The notes: a model not told the origin generated them from the letters alone. 64,000 bases of DNA from an uncultured Gemmatimonadales bacterium (GCA_963851265.1 CAWKNZ010000002.1:320001-384000); one strand, 5' to 3'; numbered from the stretch's first letter, positions 19,429 to 31,470 are shown. Made by a program: numbers and translations.

Positions 19429-20392
19429 TCATCCCTGCCTCGACGCCAGTCGCGCCGACCTTTTCGAGGAAGATCTGGTGCAGCGACGGCTGCACCAGTT
19501 CGAAGCGCGTGATCGCCGCGCCCGCGCCGACGAGGCGCTGCAGCAGCGTCTGGGCGCTCGCCCCGGCGGCGAGCTCCAACTCGAGAAAGCGGTTCTGGTC
19601 GTCGGCCCGCGCCACGAGCCCGCGGTCCGCGAGCACGGCGTCGACGGCCGGGCCGGCGCCGTTCATCGCGGCACGGTCGAGGCCCAACGCGACCTGGCGG
19701 CCGCCGTGCGCCTGCTTGACCTCCTGCACGCCCCCGTCGAGCACCTTTTCGCCGCGCGCGATGATGCACACGGCGTCGCAGAGCCGCTCGGCGTTGTCCA
19801 TCAGGTGTGTCGAGAAGATCACCGTGCGACCGCGCCGGTGCAGCTCGACGACCGTGTCCTTGAGCGCCTGCGCGTTTACCGGGTCGAGGCCGCTGAACGG
19901 CTCGTCGAGGATGACGAGGTCGGGGTCGTGCAGCAGTGTGCCGATGAACTGCACCTTCTGCTGCATGCCGCGCGAGAGCTCGTCGACTTTCTGCGCGCCC
20001 CAATCCTTCTCGGGCGTCTTCAGCGACAGGCGTTCGAGCCACTCGTCGATCCGCCGGTCGGCCTCGGCCGCGCGCACCCCCTTGAGCTCGGCCAGGAAAC
20101 GCAGCACGCGCCGGACCTGCATCTTCTTGTACAGGCCCCGCTCCTCGGGGAGGTAGCCAACGGAGTCGAGCGCGCCCGCCTCGCGGTTGGGGCGCCCGAA
20201 GAGCGCGATGCTGCCCGAGTCGGGGCGGATCACGTCGAGCAGCATGCGGATGGTGGTCGTCTTGCCGGCGCCGTTGGGGCCGAGCAGCCCGTACACGGTG
20301 CCGCGCGGCACCTGCAACGAGAGGTCGCGCACGGCCGTGTGCTCGGCGTAGCGCTTGACCACGTGGCGGACGTCGATCGCCAGTTCGGTCAT
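19415..20392 (-). CDS. ABC exporter ATP-binding subunit (DUF4162-type C-terminus)
   Basis: GPNGAGKTT, LSRGMQQK, ILDEPFSGLD, STH, PSLHQIF. Confidence 0.95.
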   Translation of the reverse strand: MTELAIDVRHVVKRYAEHTAVRDLSLQVPRGTVYGLLGPNGAGKTTTIRMLLDVIRPDSGSIALFGRPNREAGALDSVGYLPEERGLYKKMQVRRVLRFLAELKGVRAAEADRRIDEWLERLSLKTPEKDWGAQKVDELSRGMQQKVQFIGTLLHDPDLVILDEPFSGLDPVNAQALKDTVVELHRRGRTVIFSTHLMDNAERLCDAVCIIARGEKVLDGGVQEVKQAHGGRQVALGLDRAAMNGAGPAVDAVLADRGLVARADDQNRFLELELAAGASAQTLLQRLVGAGAAITRFELVQPSLHQIFLEKVGATGVEAGMSGQG

Positions 20393-20519
20393 GGGGGGAG
20401 GAGGGGAGGGGATGCGGGGCGGGACCGAGCCTCGCACACTGCACTACGGGGGCGACGCGGCATCGGTGTCGCGCCCGTCCAAGTTCCCTCGGGCGGCGTT
20501 CCAGCGCTACCGGCGCGCC

Positions 20520-21056
20520 CTACGACTTTGGCAGGTGGAGCCCCGCGGTCGCGAGTACGCGTCCGCTCGGCCACGCGACCGTCACGCGCCACGCGTTGAA
20601 GCAGTGCTCGCCGCACGCGCGCCCAACGACCACCGACGCGAGCGTGTCGCCGCTCCACGCGGGCCGCGCGAGTTCGACGAGCCCCGGCGCGGCGGGGTAC
20701 CGGGCGAAGAACGCCGCCCAACCGTCGGGGTGCGCGCGGAAGAGGCGGTCGAGGTCCGGCGCATCGACACCCACGACCGGCGCCGGGATCGCGGCGCCCA
20801 GCGCCGCGGTGTCGACGTCCGCGTCGCGCGCCTGGAGTACGTCGAAGGTCGGTCCGCGCTCGGCCCGGTCGGTCCAGAGGACGATGCGACGGGCGTGCTC
20901 GCGTGTGACGAACAACTCGTGCACGGCGGCGGCCTCCACGCGCGCGTCGTTCGCGTGGCGCACCGGCGTGCAGCCAGCAAGACCGAGCGCGAGCGTCGCC
21001 ACACGCCGCGCGACCACGCGTCGCGCGGCATGGGTAGCGACACCGCCACGCGTCAC
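20520..21056 (-). CDS. Hypothetical lipoprotein
   Basis: Lipobox LAGC; C-terminal CGEHC; start overlaps stop of upstream gene. Confidence 0.6.
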   Translation of the reverse strand: MTRGGVATHAARRVVARRVATLALGLAGCTPVRHANDARVEAAAVHELFVTREHARRIVLWTDRAERGPTFDVLQARDADVDTAALGAAIPAPVVGVDAPDLDRLFRAHPDGWAAFFARYPAAPGLVELARPAWSGDTLASVVVGRACGEHCFNAWRVTVAWPSGRVLATAGLHLPKS

Positions 21057-21520
21057 GCGTGATCGTCCGCCAGTTCGAGCGCGAACTTGAAGACGAGGCG
21101 ACGCCCATCGTGCTCGATCCAGCCGTCGACGAGGTCGAAGAGGCCGAGGTCTTCCCAGACCCCGACCTCGAGCTTCTCGTACAGGCGAACGTGTTCGGCG
21201 GCGCGGACACCGGCCCGGGAGCCCTGGGCTGCGGCGAGGAAGCGCGCGTTCTGCGTCGGTCGCCCGGTGACGGTGGTCGCAGGCTGATCGAGGAGCGCGG
21301 GGTCGGCGGTCGCCTCGACGCGGCGCGGGGCGTCATGGCCGCGGTAGACGACGCGTCGGTTGCCGGGCGAGAACGTGTCGTGGTACGGCGCGCCGAGCGC
21401 CCGGCGGGTGGTCAGCAGCACGGAGTGATCACCACCGAGGCCGAAGTTCATCCCCCGGCGGAGACGCGGGGCGCGCTCGCGGCGGCACATCTCGGCGTAC
21501 GAGACGACCTCCCCTCGCAC
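21053..21520 (-). CDS. Stand-alone SRA/YDG-like domain resembling the N-terminal domain of SRA-HNH endonucleases
   Basis: SYAEMC..RGMNF..HSVLL..APYHD..VVYRGHD..DQP..QNARF..VRLYEK..W..GLFDLVD..RLVFKF pattern; no HNH domain follows. Confidence 0.55.
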   Translation of the reverse strand: MRGEVVSYAEMCRRERAPRLRRGMNFGLGGDHSVLLTTRRALGAPYHDTFSPGNRRVVYRGHDAPRRVEATADPALLDQPATTVTGRPTQNARFLAAAQGSRAGVRAAEHVRLYEKLEVGVWEDLGLFDLVDGWIEHDGRRLVFKFALELADDHA

Positions 21521-21538
21521 GCCGTCGCAAACCCGCGA

Positions 21539-21910
21539 TCAGCCCTTCTGTTCGTCGTGCCGGCGGTCGACGGCCGAGCCGCCGACGCTCTCGCTTCCCC
21601 AGCCCGGGCCGCCCATACGACCGTCGAGCTGCTTGGCGAATTTGGCGGGGTCGGGCGCGTCGTCCGGGCCGGCGCCGCCGTGGCGGCTCTGCTCGCGGTC
21701 GCCGCTGTCGACCGCCTTCTCGTCGTTCATCACCTCGCGCGAGTCGCCGGTCCCGTGCGTGCCGTGCGCGTACACCGAGGCGCCGTCGGTGCTGCCGTCG
21801 CCGGGGTTGGGCATGTCGCCCGTGCCAGCCGCGCCCTGCTGTGCGCCCTCGGGGTTGTGGTCGCCGCGCTCGGGGGCGGGGCCGGCGTCGGGGTGCGGAT
21901 GGACGGGCAT
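21539..21910 (-). CDS. Small hydrophilic, probably disordered protein
   Basis: ATG with AGGAG SD immediately after glycosylase stop; Gly/Asp/Pro-rich. Confidence 0.7.
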   Translation of the reverse strand: MPVHPHPDAGPAPERGDHNPEGAQQGAAGTGDMPNPGDGSTDGASVYAHGTHGTGDSREVMNDEKAVDSGDREQSRHGGAGPDDAPDPAKFAKQLDGRMGGPGWGSESVGGSAVDRRHDEQKG

Positions 21911-21915
21911 GGCAG

Positions 21916-22842
21916 CTACTCCTGCGGCGGGGCCGCGTTGAGATCGAACAGGGTGGGACCCCCACCGTCGGAACTCCGAGCACCGGGGGCGGGGTCCACG
22001 TCGGGGGCAAGGCGCGTTCCCGCGGGGGCGTCGGGAGCGGCCTTGCCTAGACGGGCCTGCCCCGTCGGGCAGAGGTCGAGCACGACGCAGCGCGCGCACG
22101 CCGGCTCGCGCCAGAAGCACACGTGCTGGCCGTGGAGCATCAGCACTTCGTGGTTGTCGTAGACCTGCTGCGCGTCCCAGTCGGGCGGCAACTGCGCCTC
22201 GAGCCACGCGTGCGCCGGCCCGACGTCGACGTGCTCGGGGATGAGGCCGAGTCGGACCGCCACGCGGTGGTGGTGGCTGTCGACCGGCAGCGCGGGGCGC
22301 CGCAGGCGCGAGAACGAGAGCACGGCCGCGCTGGTCTTGGGGCCCACGCCGGTGATCGACTCGAGCCAGTCGCGCGCCTCGCGCACCGGGAGCGCGCCGA
22401 GGAAGTCGAGCGCGCCGTCGCCTAACGGATCCGCGCCGGGGGGTGCGTCGGGCGCCGCGTCGGCCGCGCCGGCGAGGCGAACGGTGATCTCGCGCAGCGT
22501 CGCCTGGATGCGCGGCGCCTTCTGCTCGGGCCAGGTGGCGGGCGTGATGGCGGCCTGCACGTCCGCGACCGGCGCATCCCGCACCGCCGTCCACGACGGA
22601 AACGCGCGCCGCAGTTGCTTGAACGCGCGCCCGGAGTCGGCGTTCTTGGTGCGGTGCGACAGGAGCGACGAGACGAGCTCGCTCAGCGGGTCGAGGTCGT
22701 GGAAGTAGCCGATCGGGCAGTGGTACTCGGCGCAGAGCCGCGCGTGCACCTCGAGCACCTTCGCCCGGAGCTCGTCGGAGAACGTGGCCGGCGGGGTGCT
22801 GCTGCGGGCCGCGGTGCGGCGCTGGGCGGGACGCGAAGGCAT
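21916..22842 (-). CDS. HhH-GPD DNA glycosylase with 4Fe-4S cluster (endonuclease III superfamily, DEMETER-like branch)
   Basis: LLSHRTKN, ITGVGPKTSAAVL (HhH), LPVDSH (catalytic Asp), HGQHVC-x6-C-x2-C-x5-C. Confidence 0.88.
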   Translation of the reverse strand: MPSRPAQRRTAARSSTPPATFSDELRAKVLEVHARLCAEYHCPIGYFHDLDPLSELVSSLLSHRTKNADSGRAFKQLRRAFPSWTAVRDAPVADVQAAITPATWPEQKAPRIQATLREITVRLAGAADAAPDAPPGADPLGDGALDFLGALPVREARDWLESITGVGPKTSAAVLSFSRLRRPALPVDSHHHRVAVRLGLIPEHVDVGPAHAWLEAQLPPDWDAQQVYDNHEVLMLHGQHVCFWREPACARCVVLDLCPTGQARLGKAAPDAPAGTRLAPDVDPAPGARSSDGGGPTLFDLNAAPPQE

Positions 22843-22895
22843 AGCGGGCCGCGGGTCAGCTTGCGTGCCAGCGTCGCGCGCGCAATGCTGTCCGC

Positions 22896-23471
22896 ATGCC
22901 CTCCGATCCGTCCACCCCCTCGCCGTCGGCGCCGCAGCCCGCGGCCGCCCCGCCGCACCCGCCGGCGGGCGGCGTGCCCGTACACCGCGACTACACGGGC
23001 GACGGGATCGTCGTCCACTGGCGGGCGGAGCGTTGCATCCACACGGGGCGGTGCATCGCGGCGCAGCGGTTCGTGTTCGACCCGAAACGGCGGCCGTGGG
23101 TCGACCCGTCGCTCGGGACGGCCGAGCAGATCGTCGTCGCGGTCGAGCGCTGCCCGACAGGCGCGCTCACCTACACGCGTACCGACGGCGGGGCGCAGGA
23201 AGTCATCCCCGAGACCGTCGAGATCCGCATCGGGCGCGACGGGCCGATCACGGTGCACGGCGCCGCACGTGTGACCGGCGAGCGAGTCGGCCCGCTCGAC
23301 GAGCCTCGCACCGCTACGGGTCGCTTCGCGATGTGCCGCTGCGGTCAGACGGGGCACGCGCCGTACTGCGACAACAGCCACCGCGCGCTGGCGCCCGGGT
23401 GGGGGAGCGACGATCGCGGCGTCACGCCGGCACCGGCGCCCGCCCCGGCCTCGCCCGACGTGCGGCGCTGA
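22896..23471 (+). CDS. Fe-S protein: divergent 4Fe-4S (Fer4_19/YjdI-like) domain plus CDGSH 2Fe-2S domain
   Basis: CIHTGRC...VFDP..RPW...CPTGAL; MCRCGQTGHAPYCDNSH. Confidence 0.88.
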   Translation: MPSDPSTPSPSAPQPAAAPPHPPAGGVPVHRDYTGDGIVVHWRAERCIHTGRCIAAQRFVFDPKRRPWVDPSLGTAEQIVVAVERCPTGALTYTRTDGGAQEVIPETVEIRIGRDGPITVHGAARVTGERVGPLDEPRTATGRFAMCRCGQTGHAPYCDNSHRALAPGWGSDDRGVTPAPAPAPASPDVRR

Positions 23472-23503
23472 CCGGTCCTGACGCTGACCGGTCCTGGATC
23501 CGA

Positions 23504-23827
23504 CTAGTCCTCCGGCAGGTCCGGCTCGGGCGCCGCGACGCGTTCGAGGTCGGCGAGGCCGGTGGTCGGGGCCCACGGGAGCAGCTCGTACTGCACCATG
23601 CCGGCGCGCGTGTACGGGTCCTCGTCGCGGACGCGATCGAGCGCGGCCTCGTAACCCGCGTCTGGGACGCGGAGCAGGAGGATGCCGGCGGTGCGCGGCA
23701 CGCACGGGCCGGAGGCGACGATCACGCCGCGGGCCTTGAGGTCGGCCGTGTAGGCGCGGTGGGCGTCCTGAACGGTGACCACCTCGTCGAGCGGACGGCG
23801 GTAGCGAAGGATGGCGAGGGCGTACAT
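23504..23827 (-). CDS. YciI-family protein
   Basis: AHRAY, ASGP..PRTAG, EDPY. Confidence 0.8.
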   Translation of the reverse strand: MYALAILRYRRPLDEVVTVQDAHRAYTADLKARGVIVASGPCVPRTAGILLLRVPDAGYEAALDRVRDEDPYTRAGMVQYELLPWAPTTGLADLERVAAPEPDLPED

Positions 23828-23984
23828 GGGCGGGGAACATAGTGCCGCCCCCGGCTTCGAGCCGCGGCTTCCGACGTAGCGGTCGGGCGTGGCATCATCC
23901 CCCGGGTTGCGCGGTGGCCGTGCGACGGTAGCGTACGTCGCGCCCCTCCCGGTCGCGTGCAGTGTGCGCATCGCCAACGGTCCC

Positions 23985-24647
23985 GTGACCCGCCCTCTCG
24001 CCCCTGCACGCCGCAGGATCGCCGTCGGTCTCGGGCTCGCCCTTGCCGTCGGGCCGAGGATTGCGGCGGGACAGATCGTGTACCGGTCCGCCAACATCGC
24101 GATTCCGGCATACGGCCCGGCCGTGTTCCTGAATGTCGTCGACGGCAGCTACACCACGGACCACTCCCCAACCTGCCCAGGACCGGGGTGTAATTTCGAC
24201 GTTGGGGTCGTCCACGACGGGTACAATTTCTTTGCCGCGTTCGCGCCCACGTCGTATGGCGTCGATCCGGCGCCCGTGGCTCCCGACGCGCGCGGGGTGA
24301 CGGCGTCCCTCGCGCCCGGCGCGCCGGTCGGGGCGTCGACCACGTTCAGCGACGACGCGATTCTGTTCGCGCCATACGAGCCCGGCGCTCCGGCACAGTT
24401 GATCGGGATCCGGTTCCGCGACGAGGCGGCCAACACGGTGAACTTCGGGTGGGCGCGTATCGAACTCGCGATGAGAACGGTCCAGTATCGCATTCTCGAC
24501 TACGCGTTCGAGGCCACGCCCGGGCGGGCGATCGCCGCCGGCGACATCGGGGGGGCCGCGGTCGTGCCGGAGCCCCGCGCGGTGTTGCTCGTCGGCACGG
24601 GGCTTCTCGTACTCGGCGCAGCGGCCCGGCGCGCGCGTCGCGCCTAA
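23985..24647 (+). CDS. Secreted PEP-CTERM protein
   Basis: Signal peptide; C-terminal VPEP + TM helix + RRARRA; FGWARI..DYAFE..PG..I.AG. Confidence 0.8.
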   Translation: MTRPLAPARRRIAVGLGLALAVGPRIAAGQIVYRSANIAIPAYGPAVFLNVVDGSYTTDHSPTCPGPGCNFDVGVVHDGYNFFAAFAPTSYGVDPAPVAPDARGVTASLAPGAPVGASTTFSDDAILFAPYEPGAPAQLIGIRFRDEAANTVNFGWARIELAMRTVQYRILDYAFEATPGRAIAAGDIGGAAVVPEPRAVLLVGTGLLVLGAAARRARRA

Positions 24648-25156
24648 CCCTCGCGCTCGCCTCGGCCGGCGTCGCCCTTGAGCGCGTCGTCCAGCGCGCC
24701 CCACGCGAGCGTCGCGCAGCGGATGCGTGCCGGGAACCGCGACACGCCCTGCAGCGCGCGCATCTCCCCCATCGCCTTGTCGGCAGCGGCTTCGGCGTCC
24801 CCGTGCGCGAGCGCCACGAAGCGCCGCACCAGCGACTCCGCTTCCGCGCGCGTCTTGCCGCGGACGGCCTGCGTCAGCATCGACGCGGACGCCTGCGAGA
24901 TGGAGCAGCCGCGGCCGGTGAACCGCGCCTCGCGCACCACGTCGCCGTCGAGCGCGACTTCCAGCGAGATCTCGTCGCCGCACAGCGGGTTGCGCCGTTC
25001 GGCGGCGAGGTCGGGTGCGTCGAGCACGCCCTTGCCGCGCGGACGTCGGTAGTGGTCGAGGATGATGTCCTGGTAGATCGCCGCGAGCCGGGCGTCCGAG
25101 TCGGGACGGGCGCCGTCGGGCCGTGCGGCCTCGGGACGGTCAGCGATGTCGGCCAT
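24644..25156 (-). CDS. sufU: SufU Fe-S scaffold/sulfur acceptor
   Basis: YQDIILDHYRRPR, NPLCGDEI, GCSISQASAS, RIRCATLAW. Confidence 0.95.
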   Translation of the reverse strand: MADIADRPEAARPDGARPDSDARLAAIYQDIILDHYRRPRGKGVLDAPDLAAERRNPLCGDEISLEVALDGDVVREARFTGRGCSISQASASMLTQAVRGKTRAEAESLVRRFVALAHGDAEAAADKAMGEMRALQGVSRFPARIRCATLAWGALDDALKGDAGRGEREG

Positions 25157-26460
25157 CAGATTCCCCCCACGCCGAAGATGCGCTGCGCCGCGCGCACGCC
25201 GTCGACGAGCGCGTCGACGTCCGCGGGCGTGCTGTAGACCCAGAAGGACGCGCGCGCCGTGGCCGGCTCGCCGAGGCGCCGCATGAGCGGCTGCGCGCAG
25301 TGGTGCCCCGCGCGGATGCACACGCCGCGCTCGTCGAGCACCGTCGCGAGGTCGTGCGGGTGGAGCCCCTCGACCGAGAAGCTGACCACGCCGCTCCTCG
25401 AGTCGGCGTGCGGGCCGTAGAGCGTGAGGCCGGGGAGGGCGCCGAGCCGCGTCATGGCATCGGCGACGAGCGCGCGCTCGTGGGCGAGCACCGCCTCGGG
25501 GCCTAACGCCGCGAGGTACGTGACCGCCGCGGCGAGCCCGGCCGCGTCGGCGACGTTGGGCGTGCCCGCCTCGAACTTGTGCGGGAGCTCGTTCCAGGTC
25601 GTCTCCTGCTCGCCGACGAGCGAGATCATGTCGCCGCCGAACTGCCAGGGCGGCATCTGCTGCAGCACCGCGCGGCGCCCCAGCAGCGCGCCGACCCCCA
25701 TCGGCCCGCCGACCTTGTGACCGGAGAACGCGTAGAGGTCGACCCCTAACGAGTCGAAGTGCACCGGCAGGTGCGGCACGCCCTGCGCGCCGTCGCAGAC
25801 GACGAGCGCGCGCCCCGCCGACCGCTCGCGGGCGAGCGCGGCGATCTCGGCGACCGGGTTGATCGTGCCGAGCGCGTTGGAGACGTGCGGGAAGGCGACC
25901 ACGCGCGTCCGCGGCGACACGAGCGAGGCGAGGTGGTCGAGGTCGACGCGGCCGTCGGCGGTGAGCTCGGCGACGCGGAACGTCGCCCCGCGCTCGCGCG
26001 CGAGCTGCTGCCAGGTGACGAACGTGGCGTGGTGGTCCATCGCCGTGACGACGACCTCGTCGCCCGCGCCGACGTTGGTCCGCCCCCACGCGCCCGCCAC
26101 GAGGTTCATCGCCTCGGTGGTGCCGCGCACGAACAGACAGCAGTCGGCGTCGGCCAGGCCGCAGAAGCGGGCCACGCGCAGGCGCGCGGCCGCGTACGCC
26201 TCGGTGGCGGCGTTGCTCAGCCGGTAGGCCCCGCGGTGCGGGTTGGCGTTCTCGGTCTCGTAGTAAAAACGGAGCGCGTCGAGCACCGCACGCGGCTTCT
26301 GCGCCGTCGCGGCCGAATCGAGGTAGTGCAGCGCGGGGTCGCCGGCGAGGAGCGGGAAGTCCGCGCGCGGCGCGAGCGACCCCTCGGCCCGCCCCGCGAC
26401 CGCGCGCACCCCCGCGGCCGGCGTCGGCGCGAGCGTGCCGACCAGCGCGGCGGCGGTCAC
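25156..26460 (-). CDS. sufS: SufS cysteine desulfurase
   Basis: YLDSAATAQKP, DGAQ, FSGHK (PLP Lys), FEAGTP, IRAGHHCAQP. Confidence 0.95.
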   Translation of the reverse strand: MTAAALVGTLAPTPAAGVRAVAGRAEGSLAPRADFPLLAGDPALHYLDSAATAQKPRAVLDALRFYYETENANPHRGAYRLSNAATEAYAAARLRVARFCGLADADCCLFVRGTTEAMNLVAGAWGRTNVGAGDEVVVTAMDHHATFVTWQQLARERGATFRVAELTADGRVDLDHLASLVSPRTRVVAFPHVSNALGTINPVAEIAALARERSAGRALVVCDGAQGVPHLPVHFDSLGVDLYAFSGHKVGGPMGVGALLGRRAVLQQMPPWQFGGDMISLVGEQETTWNELPHKFEAGTPNVADAAGLAAAVTYLAALGPEAVLAHERALVADAMTRLGALPGLTLYGPHADSRSGVVSFSVEGLHPHDLATVLDERGVCIRAGHHCAQPLMRRLGEPATARASFWVYSTPADVDALVDGVRAAQRIFGVGGI

Positions 26461-27871
26461 GACGCGTACCGCTCGAGCACGAGCGCCTCGAGCGCGTGTT
26501 TGACCGGGTCCAGCTCGATCGTCTCGAGCACGTCGGCGGCGAAGGCGTAGGTGAGCAGCTTGCGCGCGGCCTCGGTACCCACGCCGCGGCTCTGCATGTA
26601 GAACAGCGCGGTCTGGTCGAGGCGCCCGACGGTCGCGCCGTGCGTGCACTTCACGTCGTCGGCGAAGATCTCGAGCTGCGGCTTCGTGTCGATGCGCGCC
26701 TCCTCCGACAGCAGCAGCGTGTTGTTGGTCTGCTTGCCGTCGGTCTTCTGCGCGGCGGGGTGCACGTACACCTTGCCGTTGAACACGCCGTGCGCGCGCC
26801 CGTCGAGCACGCCCTTGTACAGCTCGCGGCTGTAGCAGTTGGGCTCGCGGTGCTCGATGCGCGTCTGGCTGTCGCAGTGCTGCTCGCCGCCCACGGCGTA
26901 GAGCCCGTTGAGCGTCGCGCCGCACCCCTCGCCCGCGAGCAGGGTGTAGACGTTGGCGCGCGCGAGCTTCGCCCCGGTGGCGAACGAGAACGAGACGAAG
27001 TGGCTGTCGCGCCCCTGCCGCGCCTCGACGTGCGCGAGATGGTACGCGCGCTCGCTCTCGCGCTGCACCTTGAGGTGGTGCACGGTCGCGCCGTCGGCGA
27101 CGTCGATCTCGGTGACCGCGTTGGTCAGGTACGACGCGCCGCCGATGGCGACGTGGCTCTCGATCACGCTCACCTTCGAGTGCCGCTCGGCCACGACGAG
27201 CACCCGCGCGTGCGACGCGGTGCGCGCGGCCGTCGCGTCGGTGACGAAGAGCAGGTGCACCGGGCGGTCGGCCTCCATCTCCTTGCGCACGACGACGAGC
27301 GCGCCGTCCGTGAACACCGCCTGGTTGAGCGCGACGAACGGCTGGGCGTCGGGGCTCGCGACCCGCCCGAGAGTACGCTCGACGAGCTCCGGCTCGCGGT
27401 CGAGCGCCTCGTTCCAGGAGAGCGCCTCGACGCCCTCGGGGAGCGCGTCGCGCGCGGAGAGCGCCGCGTCGAAGCGCCCGTTCACGAAAACGAGCGTCGG
27501 CCACCCCGCGCCGCCCAACGGCTGCCCGAAGGTGAACGGCAGCAGCGCGTCGGCGCCCTCGACGGCGCCCGTCGCGGCCGCGGTCGACGCGTAGTCGGCC
27601 TCGGCGATCGCGGCCGTCGACGTGTAGTGCCAGTCCTCGTGCCGCGTGGTCGGGAAGCCCTGGCGCGCGAACGCGGCCGCGCCCACGCGGCGCGCCGCGG
27701 CCAGCCACGCCGGCCCGTCCGCCTCCGCGCCCGCGACCGCCGCGCGCACGTCGGCCTCGACCGCGGCCGGCGCGGGGAGGAACTGCCCCGGTGCCCGCGA
27801 CGCGTCCTGCTGCGCCGCGAGCGCGCGCGCCTCGGCGACGCTGCCGGCCTGCGAAGGCTCGGTCACGGTGC

Positions 27872-27875
<4 letters not shown>
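26457..27875 (-). CDS. sufD: SufD
   Basis: [46 protein letters not shown]. Confidence 0.95.
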
Positions 27876-28624
<749 letters not shown>

Positions 28625-28665
28625 GGGGTGACCCGGAGAGTGCGTGTGGGGGACGGACGGGCGCG

Positions 28666-30098
<1,433 letters not shown>

Positions 30099-30102
<4 letters not shown>

Positions 30103-30794
30103 GCGGCGCTCTCCTGAACGGCGTCTCTGGTAACCGGCGCGCCGGCCGCGACGTACTCGCAGACCGCGCAGCCGGCGGGGATGTACTTGGTGCGCACCAC
30201 GGGCACGCCGAGCAGCTCTTCCATGAGCTCCTGCTCGGCGGCGCAGATCTCCGGGAATCGGGCGACCACGTCGCGCACGGCGCAGTGGTGCTCGCGCACG
30301 GCGACGCTGCCGTCCGCGTTAGGCGCGGCCTCGGCCATGTAGCCCTGCGACGAGCGGAGCTCGGCCACCAGCTGCGCGCGCTCCTCGAGCGGCAGCTCGG
30401 CCAGACGCGAGCCCGCGCCCGACACCAGCGGCGCCCACTGACGTCGGACGGCCGTCCGCACCCCGTCGGTCCCGGCCGCCTCGCGCAGCGTGTCGAGCAC
30501 GGCTTCGAGCACGGGCGCGTACGCTTGGGGGAAGAGCGCCTCGCCCGCGGCAGTGAGCGCGTACGCGTGCACCGGGGCTCCAACGCCCCGGACCTCGCGA
30601 TCGTGCCGGACGAGTGCGTCGGCCTCGAGCGCGTCAAGGTGCCGCCGGAGTGCGTTGGGCGTCACGCCGAACTGCTCGGCGAGCTCGCGCGCGGTGAGCG
30701 CGTGCGGCGCCTTCTTGAGCGCGATCAACAACTCCGCCCGCAGACCGCGGAATCCGCCGAGCGGGGCGGCGTCTGGAGTCGGGAGATATTGCAC
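30099..30794 (-). CDS. sufR: SufR-type HTH regulator
   Basis: HTH ([16 protein letters not shown]); GVGAP; EHHC..EIC..C Cys ligands; first gene of the suf operon. Confidence 0.8.
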
Positions 30795-30802
30795 TGCAAC
30801 AA

Positions 30803-30855
30803 GTTACGCGCTTCCAACTGATTCGTCAACGAAACCGTGTGTGAATCAGCGTAAC
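30803..30855. promoter_or_regulatory. Candidate operator/promoter of the suf operon
   Basis: AT-richer segment with inverted arms CTGATTC(30818)/GAATCAG(30843) and GTTACG/CGTAAC, enclosing CAAC-N6-GTGT. Confidence 0.5.
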
Positions 30856-30940
30856 GTCGGCGATACGCGTGACGCGCTAGGCCGTTCAGTGCACGACGGG
30901 GCCGGTCGACACTCCGGGGCAACCCTCTCGTCCCGGCTTC

Positions 30941-31378
30941 ATGCTCCCGATCGCCATCCTCACTTTCCTCCTCGTCGGTGCGACCGGCTTCGCCGTCGCG
31001 AGCGTTCGCGCGCTCGCGCCAAGTCGCGGCACCCTCGACGCGCCGTGGCGCCGGCAGTTCCTGTCCGAGTTCGACCACGAGGGACTGCCCGCCAACGTGC
31101 TCGTCGAAACGTACGAGGCCCTCGGCCGGCGGACGACGGGCAACGGCGCGCGCGTGCGGCGGGGCGCCGACCTGGCGCTCGACCTCGGCCTCAGCGATGC
31201 GGACGTCGAGGACGTCGCCCTGCTCGTCGTCGCCCGGTGCGACGGCGAGTTGCCCACCGCCGCCGACCTCAACGCGCTCGACATCGGCGTCCGCACCGTC
31301 GGCGAACTCGTGCGTTTCGTCACCCCGTTCTGTGTGGCGCCGGGGAGCGGGCGGGCGCGACTGGCACTGATGGCGTAA
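30941..31378 (+). CDS. Membrane-anchored acyl-carrier-protein-like protein
   Basis: N-terminal TM; ADLALDLGLSDADVED...VRTVGELVRFV resembles ACP helices II and IV. Confidence 0.5.
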   Translation: MLPIAILTFLLVGATGFAVASVRALAPSRGTLDAPWRRQFLSEFDHEGLPANVLVETYEALGRRTTGNGARVRRGADLALDLGLSDADVEDVALLVVARCDGELPTAADLNALDIGVRTVGELVRFVTPFCVAPGSGRARLALMA

Positions 31379-31411
31379 CGAGCGCCCAACCGCCAACCGA
31401 TCACAGGACCA

Positions 31412-31449
31412 AGGACCCCCGCGCGTGCGCGGGGGTCCTCGTTTGTTTG
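31412..31449 (+). terminator. Intrinsic terminator
   Basis: aggacccccgcgc-gt-gcgcgggggtcct then cgtttgtttg. Confidence 0.7.
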
Positions 31450-31470
31450 ACGACCCGCTTAGCGTTGGGC

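Noticed and set aside
21539..21910. Small Gly/Asp-rich protein as RiPP precursor for the YcaO
   Set aside because: About 38 kb from the YcaO gene with no leader/core pattern; looks like a hydrophilin
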